Shown here one piece after another: positions 36,201 through 50,135 of a stretch of 64,000 nt of DNA. Under the pieces are notes generated by a model. The model worked only from the letters and a program-made list of their open reading frames with translations, did no database searches and was not told the DNA's origin. Position 1 is the stretch's first letter; each line of letters begins with the position of its first letter. The DNA comes from Amphiscolops sp. MND2022 (Eukaryota), in assembly GCA_964187785.1 (NCBI GenBank), contig OZ076409.1, positions 24,430,001-24,494,000 of the forward strand, in the 5' to 3' direction. The position numbers and the translations under genes were made by a program.

Positions 36201-39200
36201 CTGGCCAGGAAAAAAACAGGAGTCCACGTCTTATGCACTGTAGAATTGTTGTGTTTTTTAGTCAAATCATTTCTATTATAAGTCTACTCAGTAAAAGTTG
36301 GTAATAATATTTTTTGAGAGCCATTTGGGAACCTTTCATCCAAACAATTTTCAAATCTGTAGAGGCATTCTTTGGTTTAAAATATTCCGCTTCTTCTTTC
36401 TCAAACAATTGAGGCTGGAAGGTGACCGCAGTTTCATGAAAGAGACTTGTCGTAGTATTGGAAAAAATCTCAGTACCGACTGCACTTGTTGTTATGCAGT
36501 TTTGTTGCTACAAAAATGCTTGGTGCTTGCGCACAAAAACAAAATTCCAATTCGGTCCAGCTTAAAGTCTACCTTCTGAAAGTTTTTTTCGTAGCGGATC
36601 TTGATGGTTTTAGGGCATCTTATTCAAAATTTATGCACTGGATTATCACAAGGGTAAAACTGTTTCAGGTTCGAATTATCCTCTGCGGGCGGGCAAGGGG
36701 TATGTGCTGTTTCCTTTGGTCATTAGTGCTGTCATGTATTTATCGATATTGACATATAGTTGTTTCCGATGTTACAAAGTTGAGGATATTTCCAAACATT
36801 CACAGAAAACATTTGCGCTGAATTCTACAACGACATGCAAAAAGTCCCATGTTACGGATGACACATTCGAGAACCCATTTCATTTTCCAGAACATTGAAA
36901 TCACTGATTTAAAATAGCCGCAAGCAAGGCGTAAACACATGTTTGCTTTCCCTAGCTGGCTCTTTGAAGGCGGTGTGAGGGTACCCGCCTTTGTAATGGG
37001 CCCGGGGATCCCTTCCCAGCGACAGTTTGACTCTTACTTTCACACCTCAGACTGGCTGCCCACTCTGTACGCAGCTGCAGGCGGTGACGTCACCCATCTA
37101 GGGTCCCTGGATGGAATCAACCAATGGCGAGCTCTCACTGGCGACTTGGAGATTGGTTCTCGTTCTGAGATTTTGTTGAACGTAAAATCTGATGAATACG
37201 GCCTGATTGACGGAGATTACAAACTTGTTGCTTGTTGGGGGTCTTGTTATGGTAACAAAAAATACCAAGATGGCTGGCACTATTATTTGGTAAGTGGTTA
37301 CACTCAAACTAATGTCTCCGGGAAAAAGATTGTAGCGCATTTTTATCCCAGGTTTCACATCCATACGATTATAGTCTCGACAATATATATGGTACCATTC
37401 AAATCGTACAAAACTTCCTGTAAGATATACAGTGCCTAACGAAATTGTAACAATAGACTTTTAAAAAAGTGAGATCTTCTTTTTCTCTCAGAAGGGTACA
37501 GCATTTAAACTAAGTAAGCTTTCAATATGTTTGTTAAACACGTTGCATTAATGTATATTGTTTTGGTTTATATTTTCGAGTTTTTTACATGTATTCACAA
37601 GCACTCTACTGAAAAATTGTATTGTTACAATTTCGTGTGTGGTTATGTTTTAGAAAATGAATTGAATAAACGTTTTTATACACTTAAAAAAAAACAGAAT
37701 ATAAGAACAGGAACAGTGTTTCAGTATTTAGTATAACCACCCCGAGCCTTCAAAACAGCGTTTATGCGCTTGGGCATACTATCGATAAGGTTTTGAACTG
37801 TCTCAACTGGTATTTTGTTCCACTCGTCTTGCACCCGTTCCCACAGCTCAGCAACGCTCTCAGGAGGTTTAGAATACATTCGCAATTGGTACTTCAGCGT
37901 GTGCCAAAGGTGTTCAATTGGATTTAAATCCGGTGATTGAGGAGGCCAGTCCATAACTGTTATTCCATTTTCCTCAAACCAGTCTTTCGCCAATTTTGAG
38001 GTGTGTTTAGGGTCGTTATCCTGTTGAAAAACGATGTCATCTCGTCCCCATCCATAGTGTCGTATTGTACCCATGAGATTATCTGATAAAATCTCGCAAT
38101 AAAGCTGGCTGTCCATGTTTCCCTCTATTTTACACGCCTGACCAATTCCCAAAGAAGTCATACATCCCCATAGCATCAGGCTTCCACCTCCGTGTTTAAA
38201 CGTACCCTGCACGTGGCAGTCCAATAATGGTGCTTTAGGCTTTTTCCACACCCACTGGAGCCCATCGGAACCAAATCTGTTTATTTTGGTTTCATCAGAC
38301 CATATGACACGCTTGAAATCTTCTGGTGTCCAGTTGGAATACTTCCGTGCGAATTCCAATCTTTGTTGTCTGTGTTTTCTACTCAAGAAAGGTTTCTTCT
38401 TTTTCTTGATTGCTTTCAAACCACTTTTCCTCAATACTCGCCGGATAGCTTCAGGGTGCAATTGTGTTTCCATTGTATTTGAGAGCTCTTTAGCCGCATC
38501 AACAGCTGTTTGTATCCTTCCTGACGACATGTCTCGGACGAGTTTTCTTTTGTCATATGGAGTTAATTTTGATGGACGACCTGCTTTTGGTTTTGCAAGG
38601 CCATTGAAATGCTCGCTCCTCAATCGGGTCACCGTCATATGACTAACAGATGGCACCTTCTTGGCAATTTGCCTTGTAGATAAACCCTCCGCTACATACT
38701 CGAAAATCTGCGTTTTGGTTGAGATGGGTATAACTTTCATAACAGAAACAAGTAATTAGAGACTGTGAGTGACAAAGAATGAAAATTGTAAACGGAAATT
38801 TAACAGTTGAAATAATGTAGGAAGTGGTTTTTGCTTTTTGTAATGGCGCACACGAAATTGTAACAATAAATGTTTTATGATTCAACGTGCAACCAGAAAA
38901 AAGCGTGAAGAAAAACAACTTCCGGTGATTGAAAACAACATGAGAAGAGTATGGTTGTTTTATTATATGGTTGTTTCTAACATAACATTTGTCTATGAAC
39001 TAAAATACCCTTTATTAGAAATATGCCTATCTATTGTTACACTTTCGTGAGGCACTGTAAGTATATTGATGTTCGAATCAAGCATGGTATAGAAAATAAT
39101 CAGCCTGCAGTTTTTTCGTTAAGAGTTATAGCCTGAAGAGTTATAGATATCCAAATCAACCTGAACTGTGATTGTGAGCAAGTTGTTTTTTTTCTGCCGG

Positions 39201-42200
39201 GAAACCGACCGACATTTTCAGTAGACCACTAGTGCAACTCTCTCTAGGGTTATTTAGAAAAAGTAAGAGCATACCAAACTATCAATCAATCACTTATTTA
39301 ATGTTCATTTTTATTTGCATACGTTTTTATTCAATCAAAAAAATACAGTAGACATTAAAATACGTTTCACTAAACGACTTTTTTCGTCGGAATAGAAAAC
39401 CCCAAAACGTTTTTTCCCATACTTCAATTTGGACAAACACTGAAAATCGATACTTTAGATGCGTCAGATGCGAGCACCGAACTGGTGCTAACTGCCGAAC
39501 ACGTTGAAAAGGGTTCGTGGAGTGCCGAAAAAAAACCCAAACGGGGATTCTCTGATTTTCGTAAATGAAATTTCAAGTCCATCGTGGGTTTCGCACCCAT
39601 AATCAATTAACTAGTCAACCAATGTCAGTCCACTCATCACACACAGGCACTCGCATTTACCAAGTGGATATGTGCAAAATGTTTCTTAGCAATCTAGTGG
39701 ATTCAGGCGGTAAATGTTGAAAAAAAATAACGAAAAATACTAAAGAAATATTCTTTGCACGATGTTTTAACTTTTTGATTAGATACACAACGACTAAACG
39801 ATAATGAATCCAAACAAAAAGCACGGGCTTCATCAATATTCTCGTACGGAATATGTATTCTGGTAGAAAAACAGTTCAGTTCGACTTCTATAGAGAAATA
39901 TCTATTACATGATAAAATAATATATGATGACGTACGAAAACACTTCAGTCATAAAATGATCAAACAAGATGACCAAACATTCGAATCATAGAGCGATGAG
40001 CAAAGTATGGACTAAATGGTTTCCATACATGACAAATTAGCATAACGTAGTCAATTTAAGCTCACGTTGATAAATTTGTTGGCTGCTCCTTAACCGTGAA
40101 CCATTTTCCATCAAAAATGTGTCAACATCATCGCAATCACCAGTTTTGACATCGATTTTTATCAAGTATTCCAGACAAAGGACGAGATTTTACGTAAGAA
40201 GGGTAACGCTGTAACGAAGGACTTAATGCTAAGATAAAAAGTAGCCGGACAGTAATAGTTGGACTTCTTCAAGATATTAGTGTTTAATAATGAAGGCCAA
40301 GATGATATGATCTCCGGTCCCACCTTTGTAGAGCTGAAAGTCCTTATTATTCGAAAAGTTTCAAAGAGATAAATTGAGATATACTATAAACCTTACGGAG
40401 AATAGGCAGGTCATACATGGAATATTTATAAAACTTTTTTGCAGCATCATAAAATGTTTCCTAGTTATAGCAACTAGTTTCAATATATGGAAATTTTATA
40501 CGACCTAAATGTTAGGCCAACCCTGAAGTCACAATGAGAGAACATACAGTCATAGGCTAAACTTCGTCTAATTGCGGATATTTCTTTTCTTAAATCTTTT
40601 ATCTTCTTACAGTAAACGGTTTGAGATTAGGTTTAATTTGAGAGACACCGTTGGTGGTTCCGTTCCATCCATGCTGATATTTCCAGCAAGCTCGTGACAT
40701 TATTTTTGGAGAAGTAAATATACATAAAGAAAAACTCAGAAGAGAAGTGATTACAGTCCCTGGGCTTAGTCTGAACCCTGGTGCAAACATCCCAGAGAAA
40801 CTGTCAAAGTTCTCGTAAGAAAATTCATTTTTCCATACAACAAAAAGTTCTAATGTGGCAAGCCGAAGTGAAAACTTCCATCTCACCCACAATTCAAACT
40901 ATCAACCCCACAGAGTGAAAGTGAACTGACGAAACAGATTACGTCACGAAATCAGATTAGAGATTCTTCACGTCACGCGAGAACTTTTGTCACAAAGGAA
41001 GGGACAAGACAGAAAACATAATTGGGAACTGGGGAAGCTCAACAAAAAGAAAACGAAACCATCCTCTGAGAAACGAAGAGCGAAGAAGTACAAACAAGAC
41101 AACCAGTTGCGCAAAATTCTAAAATCGTTTGATTTTGCAACTGTTTGATGGGGTCATTGATTCAGTTCGGTATGCCTGAGCCAAATAGATTGCAAATGAA
41201 GAAAAACTGTAAACCTTGCAAAAGCAAGATAAACCAAAATGAGAAACCTATCAATGCATTTGATGCGAGTGTTTCATGCATCTTGTACCTTGGTGCACTG
41301 GCCTCTCGAATGTAGCCAAATTTGAACTAAAAAATGGAACTCAGTTGCATGTTACTATGATACAATTGTATTGTATTCGAAATAACGAACGCAGTAACAT
41401 TAATAAAACTTGGACAATGCATGAAGCGGACTAACAAGTCGAGATCCTCAAAATTGAAGACAAAAAGGAATCGCTTGGGTTAATTTAATATCCCTGATTG
41501 ACAAAACGGTGGAAGAAGTCTTGAAACTCTTCGGTAAAGAAATCCCTACAGCTATCTAACCTAAAAAGCGGCAAAAAACGTTGAAACAGTTTATTCGAGG
41601 AGACCCCTGTCAGAACTAGACCAGGAACAAATCCTGAACTACAACATTTCATCAAATCTGGGAAGTCACGGGATCCCGATAGTAAGAAATACCAAAATCT
41701 TAGTTGAAACAGGTCGCAACCACCTAAAAGATTAACGAAATGTTTAGCAAAAGTGTCGTTGAGACCAAAGACAGAGCGTTGAGAAACCTTGGAAGGATCG
41801 ACAAAGACAGAAAAAGTCCTGGACTGTGCTTGTTACCTCTATCACGGAAAACGAAGCAGGCTCGGTCCGCAGAACGGAACTCAGTGAGGATAAAAATTTT
41901 CTCATGCCTATGTTGTCAAGAGAAGGTGCAAAGGAGAAAAATCTGTGTTAGAAGAAGCAGTGAGGAGCTGATCAACAACGATGTACCAACAGACAAACTA
42001 AAAATACAGAACTTTGAACTATTCAATGGATAAGAGAAAGTCCTACTGATTGATGAAAATAAGAAAAAACAGACTGGCTAATCTACATTATTTTGTTCTG
42101 ACTAAAAACTCGAAGCCCGTGAAAAGCAGAAAGAAAGATAACTTAGATACAATTCTTTCGAGCCAGTATAGTGTCGTTTGTTTGTGTGCAACGTAATTGG

Positions 42201-45200
42201 ATGAGAGTGTTCCTTACTCTGAACTACAACTGAAAAAGCACAAACATTAACGAGCAGTCAGATCGTCTACTAAAGACTACTCTAACTTTGAAGGTTCTTT
42301 ATTCGCTGTAAAAACACTCTAGTTTCCAAACAGCTAGAAATTGTATTACCTGAATGCAATGTAGCATGTTCAATACCTTGTTCACAAAACAAATATTGTC
42401 TTCTAGAGTCTGTATAGCCCACCGCATGACTGCAAATACCCATGTGAAATTGCATACCTTGAACAAATACTCGACTCTTTGTCAAAATCGACTCCACTAA
42501 TTGTCTTGGGGGACATTAACCTCCCTACAACTGACTGGAACACGTTATGCAGCTCCGGAGACTACGAACAAAGGGTCATTGAGATATTTGATTACCACAG
42601 GTTTGATCAAGTAGTTGCTTTTCCCACTTGTGCAAAGAACAACATCAACTTGGTCTTTAACAGATAATGCAGTACCAAGGCACTAAGTACAAAAATTTCA
42701 AGAAGTCTACTACATCACAAAGCATCAAGAAGTGATAATGAGACTTGAATGATCGCATCACCAACAGCAACCCAATTTTGAGAAGTATCAAAGTTACTGA
42801 AGAGCTGACTATCAAAAAAAGCATTGACTCTAGAAGTACACATCCCTTCAGTCATGTTTATCATACAAACCTTGACAATATGTACTCTGCTTGTCTCAAT
42901 ATATTAAAAATTTAATACAGGAATGAGTTCCGCCAGGAACAAGACATCAAAAAGAAATGCTTCCTTCAATAATTCCAAGTACATCAATTCTATTTAACAA
43001 ACTGGAAACCGAGAAAAATTTCTTTGAAAAGTCCTACTGCATACCAAAGAAATAACGTTTCTAAACTAGAAAACGTGCTATTAGGGAACTGTGAAATTAT
43101 TTGAAGTAGCAAGATGAACGTTCCAGCTCACGAGAATTCAAAAAACTGTCAAGCACTGGAACTATTTCAGCAAAACGAACGACATTCCAAAAGTGATGTA
43201 CAAAAGCGATGAGGCCAGTCATTCGGAAAACGAAACAGCCCACTACTTCAGCTGGTTCTTTCAATCGGCTTACTTTCCAAAAAAACCATACACACTACAA
43301 CACATTCGAAACAAAATGTCCGTTCCGACAAACATTGGCGTTTCAAATTCCAAAATTCGAAGTATTTTAACAGACCTAGACATCAGTAAGTCAAGAGGCC
43401 CTATCCAATTGCTCGCAATACCTTTAAAAAATTCCTGTGGAAATGAGTACTCTAAACTCTTTATTCACGAATATTAAGAGGCTACAGAAACTTCCCAGAT
43501 CTTGGAAAGAAGCTCTCATCGTGCCTGTCTACAAAAAGGAGACAATAGTAAGTAAAGAATTAAAGTCCAGTGTCGCTTTTGAATGTTATCAACAAAACTT
43601 TCGAAACATGCTAGTATGATCCTCCCGATTTGCATTTTTCCAATCTCTCTTGAAACCAGCTCGGATTCGTCCGTTGAAGATCAGTTCAAACAAACTTGCA
43701 GAAAATATTGAAAGACTTACTTGCAGCCTTTGATAAAATTTATAATATACAGTAAAAGCCTTTTACACCGACATCGCGAAAGCGTTTGACCGTCTAGCGC
43801 AATATGAGCTGCTAACATAAAAGAGTGCAATCGGGATGGAAGGATGCAATCTTGATGTTTTTTGTGACTATTTGAAACGGCGCACCGAGCACGTTAGAGT
43901 TGGACACACTTCATCTCTCATGGGTTCCTTGCTATTCTGCCTTTTCAAAAACCCCGTTGCGAAGTCACTAAAATTTAGTGATCCCTACATTTCTTCAGAT
44001 GACTTAAAAATATTTGCTATTGAGAATGCACAAAAGCAGCTACAATCCGACTTGAAATGATACAAACTCGAATTTAGATTAAAAATGTTCAAAATAAAGT
44101 CGTTAACATCAGTTTTGAAGACCCAGAAGATGTTTGAGACCTAGCAATCTAAAAACGATCTGAACTTGTCAACCCATGCTAGCGAAAGGTTGAAAAAAGC
44201 ATATTATGTTTTTCCTCCGTCAAGCGGAACGCTGCGTACAATTTTAAAACCAACATTAAGCTGGACCTCTATAAGATGCTAGTTCTTACTATTGTCATAT
44301 ATGGACTTCTATATGCCAAACAATCAAAAGCCACCATGAACGCTCTAGTGTGGCTCCAAACTCAACCTGTGAAATGGATATTTGGCAACAAATAGAAATA
44401 TTATACAAACACTTTGAGGCTACTGAACATTTTTCCGATGCAAAAGGTTTGGGCAGATGAACGACCTCCTACTTGTTTCATCGTTTACTAGAGGAAACCA
44501 CCTTTTTGAACTCATACCAAATTGACCTGCAGAGCACGCAGACTCATGAACTATTGAATGAAAAAAGAGGGACTGAGAGAAACCGTAGAGAACAATCCTA
44601 AAATTGTCAGATTGTGACCAGGTCAAAAATTGCATTGATATTGGCAACGGAATGGGTCTCAAAGACAGACGACTTTGCGATATGTGGAGACCCTTTTATA
44701 ACCAGTTCGACGAAAACAACTCTTGTACATGGATGGTTAAGGAGGTACAACTGTGGACAATGTAGGAAAATGGGACAAAGATGCTAAAGAAAATGGGAGG
44801 GATCCCATGAGCGAAAGCTGAGGATCCACGACATCAACAACAATTTTAAGATCTTGTTTGAATATCACTGCAGAGTTTATATTTGTCTGAAACAAGTGTC
44901 CGACATTTTCTGCCAAAATGTTTTTCTCTTGCATTTTGTTCGTCAAAATTTATATGCAAGATGTTACAAATCTTGCAAGATTGTTGAACAGACTTTTCAA
45001 GACCAGACGAATGCTAGTAAGATCTTCCAAGATCAGACAAAAATTATCAAGAACTTGCTAGCCACCAGGTAGAATAACGCTTTTTCTGTGTGATGTTTCA
45101 ATCGAAGCGAGCACCATTTGCAATTATTTTCCGCATTACAGTAAACCACGACGGAGCAGGCAACGCATGCTTTGGCAATATGTGAGCTCAAAGAGTTTGG

Positions 45201-48200
45201 AAGTCAATTGATGCATGGAATGATCATATATGTATGAAAGGATCATATCACAATGATAATCACGATGATATGGAATTATGAAAGTCATTATGCTACCAAA
45301 ACATGTAGTTTCCATATATGGAATTACTGTCAGTTACATTTTGGGTCATTTGGGGAACATATGAGTTTTGTTTGTTAACCAGGGACCCATGAATGAAAGT
45401 GATACTGATCGCTATGAGTCGAAAGATCAGTGGTCTCCCCCTCTTGTCCATTGCAATTTAACGGCTTGGGACAACAGAAGGGAATGTCTGATGGAGAAAC
45501 AAGAACAACCTTGTTTGTTCAACATTAAGACCGATCCCTGCGAATTTGACAACATCGCCGACAGGTTAGAACTGCTTTTTATACCACTCAATCGCGCTTT
45601 GCAAAATTTGTGGAAGTGTTGTAATGGAGTTGTTAATATGTCTTGAAGTCATAAACTGCTTCGAACCTTTTCATGAAAGACTCAGGATTAGTACCTTATT
45701 CACGGTATCCACTTTTCGCTCTAAAACATCATAATGTTGGGAGTCTCTTACCCTGATGTTTTTCGACTCTCATCGGATCAATCTTTTACTGCCAACAGAG
45801 ATGGGCATTTTGCTCTACACAATCATCTCAAACCTACTGTGATTTAAAAATCGTCCCCCTATGCGCTGAGCGTCGTTATCAACCAATTAGAATTGCTTAT
45901 TCGCACCCACTTTCAATTCTGATTGGCGCTTCAGGGAAATCTCCGGCGCAGAAAGAACACTACTGCTATTTTAACAGTTTTGGGGAGGTTTTTAAAATAT
46001 TTTTCTAAAAATTTTGAATTCATCGAATTCTACAGATCGTATAGAATTCAATGACAAATTTTTTGTTTTAAAAGCATTCTAAATGAAAATATAATTGCAG
46101 CTTTTCGCTGCGAAACGTTCATTTTTTATCTTAATACATGCAAATTGACAAAATTTTTGTGACGACTTCTGCTCGGGTCGTCGTTATGTGTTGAGTTTAT
46201 CCTAACAGATTTTGTAGGAGTGTAGAAACTCCTTGTTTCATTTTCTAGTTCTTCATCAGCAATTTTTCTTGCGTTTTCTCCTGTTTTAGGTTTCAACAGT
46301 CTGAACATTTCTTTCAGAGATTCTACGAGGTGATTCTTGATTTCGGAAGTTATCTCTTCCTTCAAGGAAGCTCTCAAATTCTCTAAGAAGTTGTTTTCAA
46401 TCCTGGGAGATTTTTCACTAGAAGGCACCGCAATGCTTGCGTCTTGGTCCGAGTGACAAACGTTTTCCAATATTATTGGTGAAACTAAACCTTCACTTAC
46501 ACTCTCGGTGCTCTCCTGCTGGTTGTTCCTTCTATTTTGACTTCTTGTTGTCGACATCTTTGGAGAAAAGGATTCAATTTTCGTTTTTTAAACTGAGTTT
46601 TGAGCTGTATTTTTCAACAAAGTTGAGAAGAGGGCTTTATGTCAGAGACAAATTGTACAACTGTTTTATAGCGGAATGAAATGACTGAGTCTCCCAGAAA
46701 TTGAAGCACCTCATTATTAGACCCTACTAGCATCATTTGATCACTTATAAATTCCTTATTCTCCTCGAAAAATTAGTCATTTCCTGTATTTTTGATGAAA
46801 AAATCATCTAGATCCCAAACTTGCGTCGACATTTTGTCAAAATTTAGGACACGACAATTTCAATCTAGTATTAGTCATCAACCATGATCATATCTTTTCA
46901 TTCCGGCGTCCTTTTGTTTCCTCTCAAGCAGGAAGTAGATATTACTTCAGTCCTTCAAACCGGAAATGTTTCCCTGTTTTACTGTTTTGGTTCGTAGAAA
47001 AATGACGTGAACAACTTATACCTGTTTTTGAAATTTTACATGAAGAACAGTTATGACTAATCTTTAAAATGACTAATTATAAAAAAGGAAAAGTAAAATG
47101 TATACGGTATAATAAGGGCTTAATTACTTTGATGTAATTATCATTTACAATTAGGAAATGCCTTTTCTTATATCAAACAAATTATGAGGCATCGAAATGA
47201 CAACGTCAATTTTTAAAGTAAACGCAACAGTAACTTCAGTTAGCAACATCAACCTTTTTGATCTGAAAGGCAACTTAGTTCTTTCAATAATAATATTAAC
47301 AGGTATCAAAATTTTGTACCAATCTTTAGAAAAACATCATTCGGGTCGTCATTCTGAGTTTTATAAAATACGACACAATTCACTTGACACGTCAGGTTGA
47401 CGTCAGTTTTCCATAAATGCTACAAACAAAACTGGTATAAGTTTATTACGCATTGCAAATATAAACTGTGACCTATATTCATTAAATATGTAGAAAAATC
47501 CGTGTAATCTGAACCTTGATACGTCCTTAGTTCTACATTCAATATAACAGTAATTTGTTTGACGAAAGGTTGACGTGTTTCTACAAGTTTCTTAATATTT
47601 TCCTAGTTGAGTTAAACGTATCTTATGCGTTTTCCGTGTATCGAAATTATCAGAACGGTATTCATTTCATTATTTTGGATGGACTAAAACAGCTATTTTG
47701 ATGGATTTGCGACGTAGCGTTGACAAGTTTTCTCAGCTAGCCAAGTTTGTCGAGTTGCTGACGAGTATTTTGGAAGGAAATTCTGAATAGCTACCAAGTT
47801 AGTGACGTCGTACCGTCGACCAATTTGGAATAAAATTCAATTAGCCGACTGCCTAATTGCGTAATGCTGACGTCACATGTACCGCCATCTTTGTTTATTT
47901 AACGACGTAGTATTGTCCTAATTCTACGTTAATGGCTGTTCAAAGCGCAATACAGCTGCCTTTTCTTAGAAGAGGCCCTAATCCTTCCGGCATGCCATCT
48001 GGATGTACTTTCTGTTTTGGATCTGATTGATCTTCTTTTCTATAAATGGTTTTGGATATGTTCTCATTTATATTAGTTTTTGGTCTTTATTTCTAGACGT
48101 ATCTTAATTTAGTTTTCAGGTGAATGTTTTTATCTTGCCGTGGCAGAAACGTCTTAACGGAGATGCGTGAAATCCTTTTGATTCATTTGATTTCCTGTTT

Positions 48201-50135
48201 TCATTTTCATTTGCGATTTGCGCAAAGTAGACGTACACTTTGTACTTTCAGTCACAGTTTATTTCGAAAATGAGTATTATTGTTCGAAATCAGTAATTGA
48301 AGTACCACCTGGGAAATCGCAGGCTGCAACCGTGTCCTCTCCCGATCCCAATGCGTTTGCAGCAGCATCCCAGACCGGGAGCGAGCTGCGACAACTTCAC
48401 CTCAGCATGATATTTCAAAAACGGTAGATAATTTTTGAAATCGAATAATATCCATAGATTCAGTAGCTTTGTGCGGGTAATTTGAGCATAAAATTTGCCG
48501 AAAAAACTGTGGAAAAAACGGTCAAAAACTTGAAGAACGGAAAAAAGCCCCAAATTTGCTCAAAATCAACTATTTGTAACTTTCTCAGTTTTTGTCCCAG
48601 AAGAATATTAAAATCACTAATGTAAACTAGATGAAAACCTAAAAACTTTTATCTATCAGGTTTTTAAAAATTCTCAACAGATTTTGAGAAAATAGAGCCT
48701 GAAATTGCCCCGGGAGACGTTCTCTTAATCACAGTACTGTAGCCTTCAACAACAGTACGAGAGGAATACGGAACAAATGGAGATGACAGTTACTACTTTC
48801 AGCGAGTTTCGCTTAAATGTAGCTCCATGAACAAGTATGAGAATAAGAATTTTTTAAAATACAAGAAGGGACAGACAAAATAACAAAAACAAGTACCAAA
48901 AGATGTCCACTTGTGGGTTTTTCTAACATTAGTCCACAGAATTCGGTTTTTCGACTGAAAAAACTGTTCCTTAAATTACGGGGCGTCAAAAGAGCAATCA
49001 AACAAGTTACCTGCCAGCTCTTCTCATCATTATCGGATATTTGTACATAAATAATTTCATTTATTGAAATGACTCACTTTTAATATTCAATGAAATTAAA
49101 CTTTCAACTATCAACTTTTTCACGTCATTTTTCACGATCAACAATATTATAAATGATAATGATATGCTGATGATGATGATCAATTTTTACACGCAAAGAA
49201 CAAAAATATTAAGTGTGAGTTTCTCTTTGAAATTAATATCACAATTGTTTTTTTTTTTCAAAAAATGAGTTGAAATACGCAATTTTGAAAAAAATACACA
49301 ATTTTGAAAAGCGCTTACTCAAAAGCTGAAATCCGAACGAGGAATTGCAAAATATTTTGCAAACTACCGTTTGATTTCGGTAGTAAGATGTGATAGTAGT
49401 TTCAAGTACTTGTAACTGCAGTTACAAGACGATTTTGACTAAAATTTTCACGCGTTTGTACAAGGATCTTGCCAGCCCTAGTCGAGACTGCTGAAGCTTC
49501 TAACACACTACAGGTCTGCATGAATTGTAAATTTTTAGATACATTAAAAAATCAGTAAGCTGTCGGTGGTAAATTTTGTAGAATAACATTACACTCTATT
49601 TAGTTTGCAGTTTATAACGTAAATGAAGTTATTTTGTATTAAAATGGCGGCAAACTGGATCAAATCGTAGTTGCATTTAAAAAGAACTGCTTCTTAATGA
49701 AGTTGTCGCCAAATTTAGGATGCTTCTTTCAAGCAGCTTGATAAAAGTCGAATACAACAGAAACATTTTCGAATCAAAGTTTTCGTGACTGTTTTAGAAA
49801 ATTGTAATGAAAGTTGGTGGCAACTTCGAAGAACATGCAAAAAGGTCAAGCAATTTCAACAAAGAAGGGTCTTATTCGGACTTATTACACAGGATCAAGC
49901 CTGATCGCTGTCGCAGTCAGTTTTGACAATCCTAATCGAGAACATTTTAAGTGGTTAGTTTGATTTTCGTCGTTTTGTTCACAGGGAACCCGGAATAGTC
50001 GAAAGAATGAGTATCAAACTAGAAGAGCATCGTGAACGCATCTTGGCACCGATTCGCAATGAAAATGACCAGAGATCGAACCCAGATTTCAACAATGGAT
50101 GTTGGCAACCCTGGCTTGTCACTGACGATTTTTAA
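27230..50135 (+). CDS. ARSB: Arylsulfatase B/I/J-like sulfatase, 9 coding exons, ~517 aa with signal peptide
   Basis: Exons 27230-27249, 31995-32186, 32923-33092, 33695-33963, 34247-34451, 36669-36699, 36956-37289, 45383-45564 and 49985-50135 total 1554 nt with consistent phases and GT/AG borders. Motifs MLLTWYSCVILSIGAITA (signal-like), PNIVILLVDDLG, CTPSRTSLMTGRY, GKWHLG, SDGG, GSNYPLRAGKGWLFEGGVRVP, LFNIKTDPCE and GCWQPW. Exon 1 is less certain; the symbol denotes the family, not proven orthology. Confidence 0.9.
28945..29147. mobile_element. Small MITE (~200 bp) in sulfatase intron 1
   Basis: Perfect 15-bp terminal inverted repeat ATTTCAGTAACTCCT / AGGAGTTACTGAAAT. Confidence 0.55.
37430..39057 (-). 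mobile_element. Tc1/mariner DNA transposon (1628 bp), apparently intact, in sulfatase intron 7
   Basis: TA on both sides. 28-bp TIRs CAGTGCCT(A/C)ACGAAA(T/G)TGTAACAATAGA with 2 mismatches. Encloses a full transposase ORF. Confidence 0.95.
37721..38740 (-). CDS. Tc1-family DD34E transposase, 339 aa
   Basis: Paired-like HTH with GRPSK linker, WSDETK, FQQDNDPKH and SPDLNPIEHLW (34 residues between D and E), C-terminal KARGGYTKY. Uninterrupted. Confidence 0.96.
   Translation of the reverse strand: MKVIPISTKTQIFEYVAEGLSTRQIAKKVPSVSHMTVTRLRSEHFNGLAKPKAGRPSKLTPYDKRKLVRDMSSGRIQTAVDAAKELSNTMETQLHPEAIRRVLRKSGLKAIKKKKKPFLSRKHRQQRLEFARKYSNWTPEDFKRVIWSDETKINRFGSDGLQWVWKKPKAPLLDCHVQGTFKHGGGSLMLWGCMTSLGIGQACKIEGNMDSQLYCEILSDNLMGTIRHYGWGRDDIVFQQDNDPKHTSKLAKDWFEENGITVMDWPPQSPDLNPIEHLWHTLKYQLRMYSKPPESVAELWERVQDEWNKIPVETVQNLIDSMPKRINAVLKARGGYTKY
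41450..44765 (+). mobile_element. Heavily decayed non-LTR retrotransposon (CR1/L2-like LINE): ORF1 remnant, AP endonuclease and RT
   Basis: Endonuclease IVLGDINLP...DW and FPTC..N.INLVF. RT DISKSRGP, WKEALIVPVYKK, FYTDIAKAFD, GSLLFCLF and SDDLKIF. Numerous stops; boundaries approximate. Confidence 0.82.
46158..48393 (-). mobile_element. Solo LTR (2236 bp) of a sister Gypsy subfamily, antisense in sulfatase intron 8
   Basis: The reverse complement aligns by eye with 23720-26083. TGTCGC...CGTCACA ends. Carries the gag N-terminus with a true ATG (46557; MSTTRSQNRR...). Flanks ATTTT/ACTTC (possible decayed 5-bp TSD). Confidence 0.88.

Noticed and set aside
39640..40570. Coding-like fragments in sulfatase intron 7
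   Set aside because: Too decayed; no motif I can assign.
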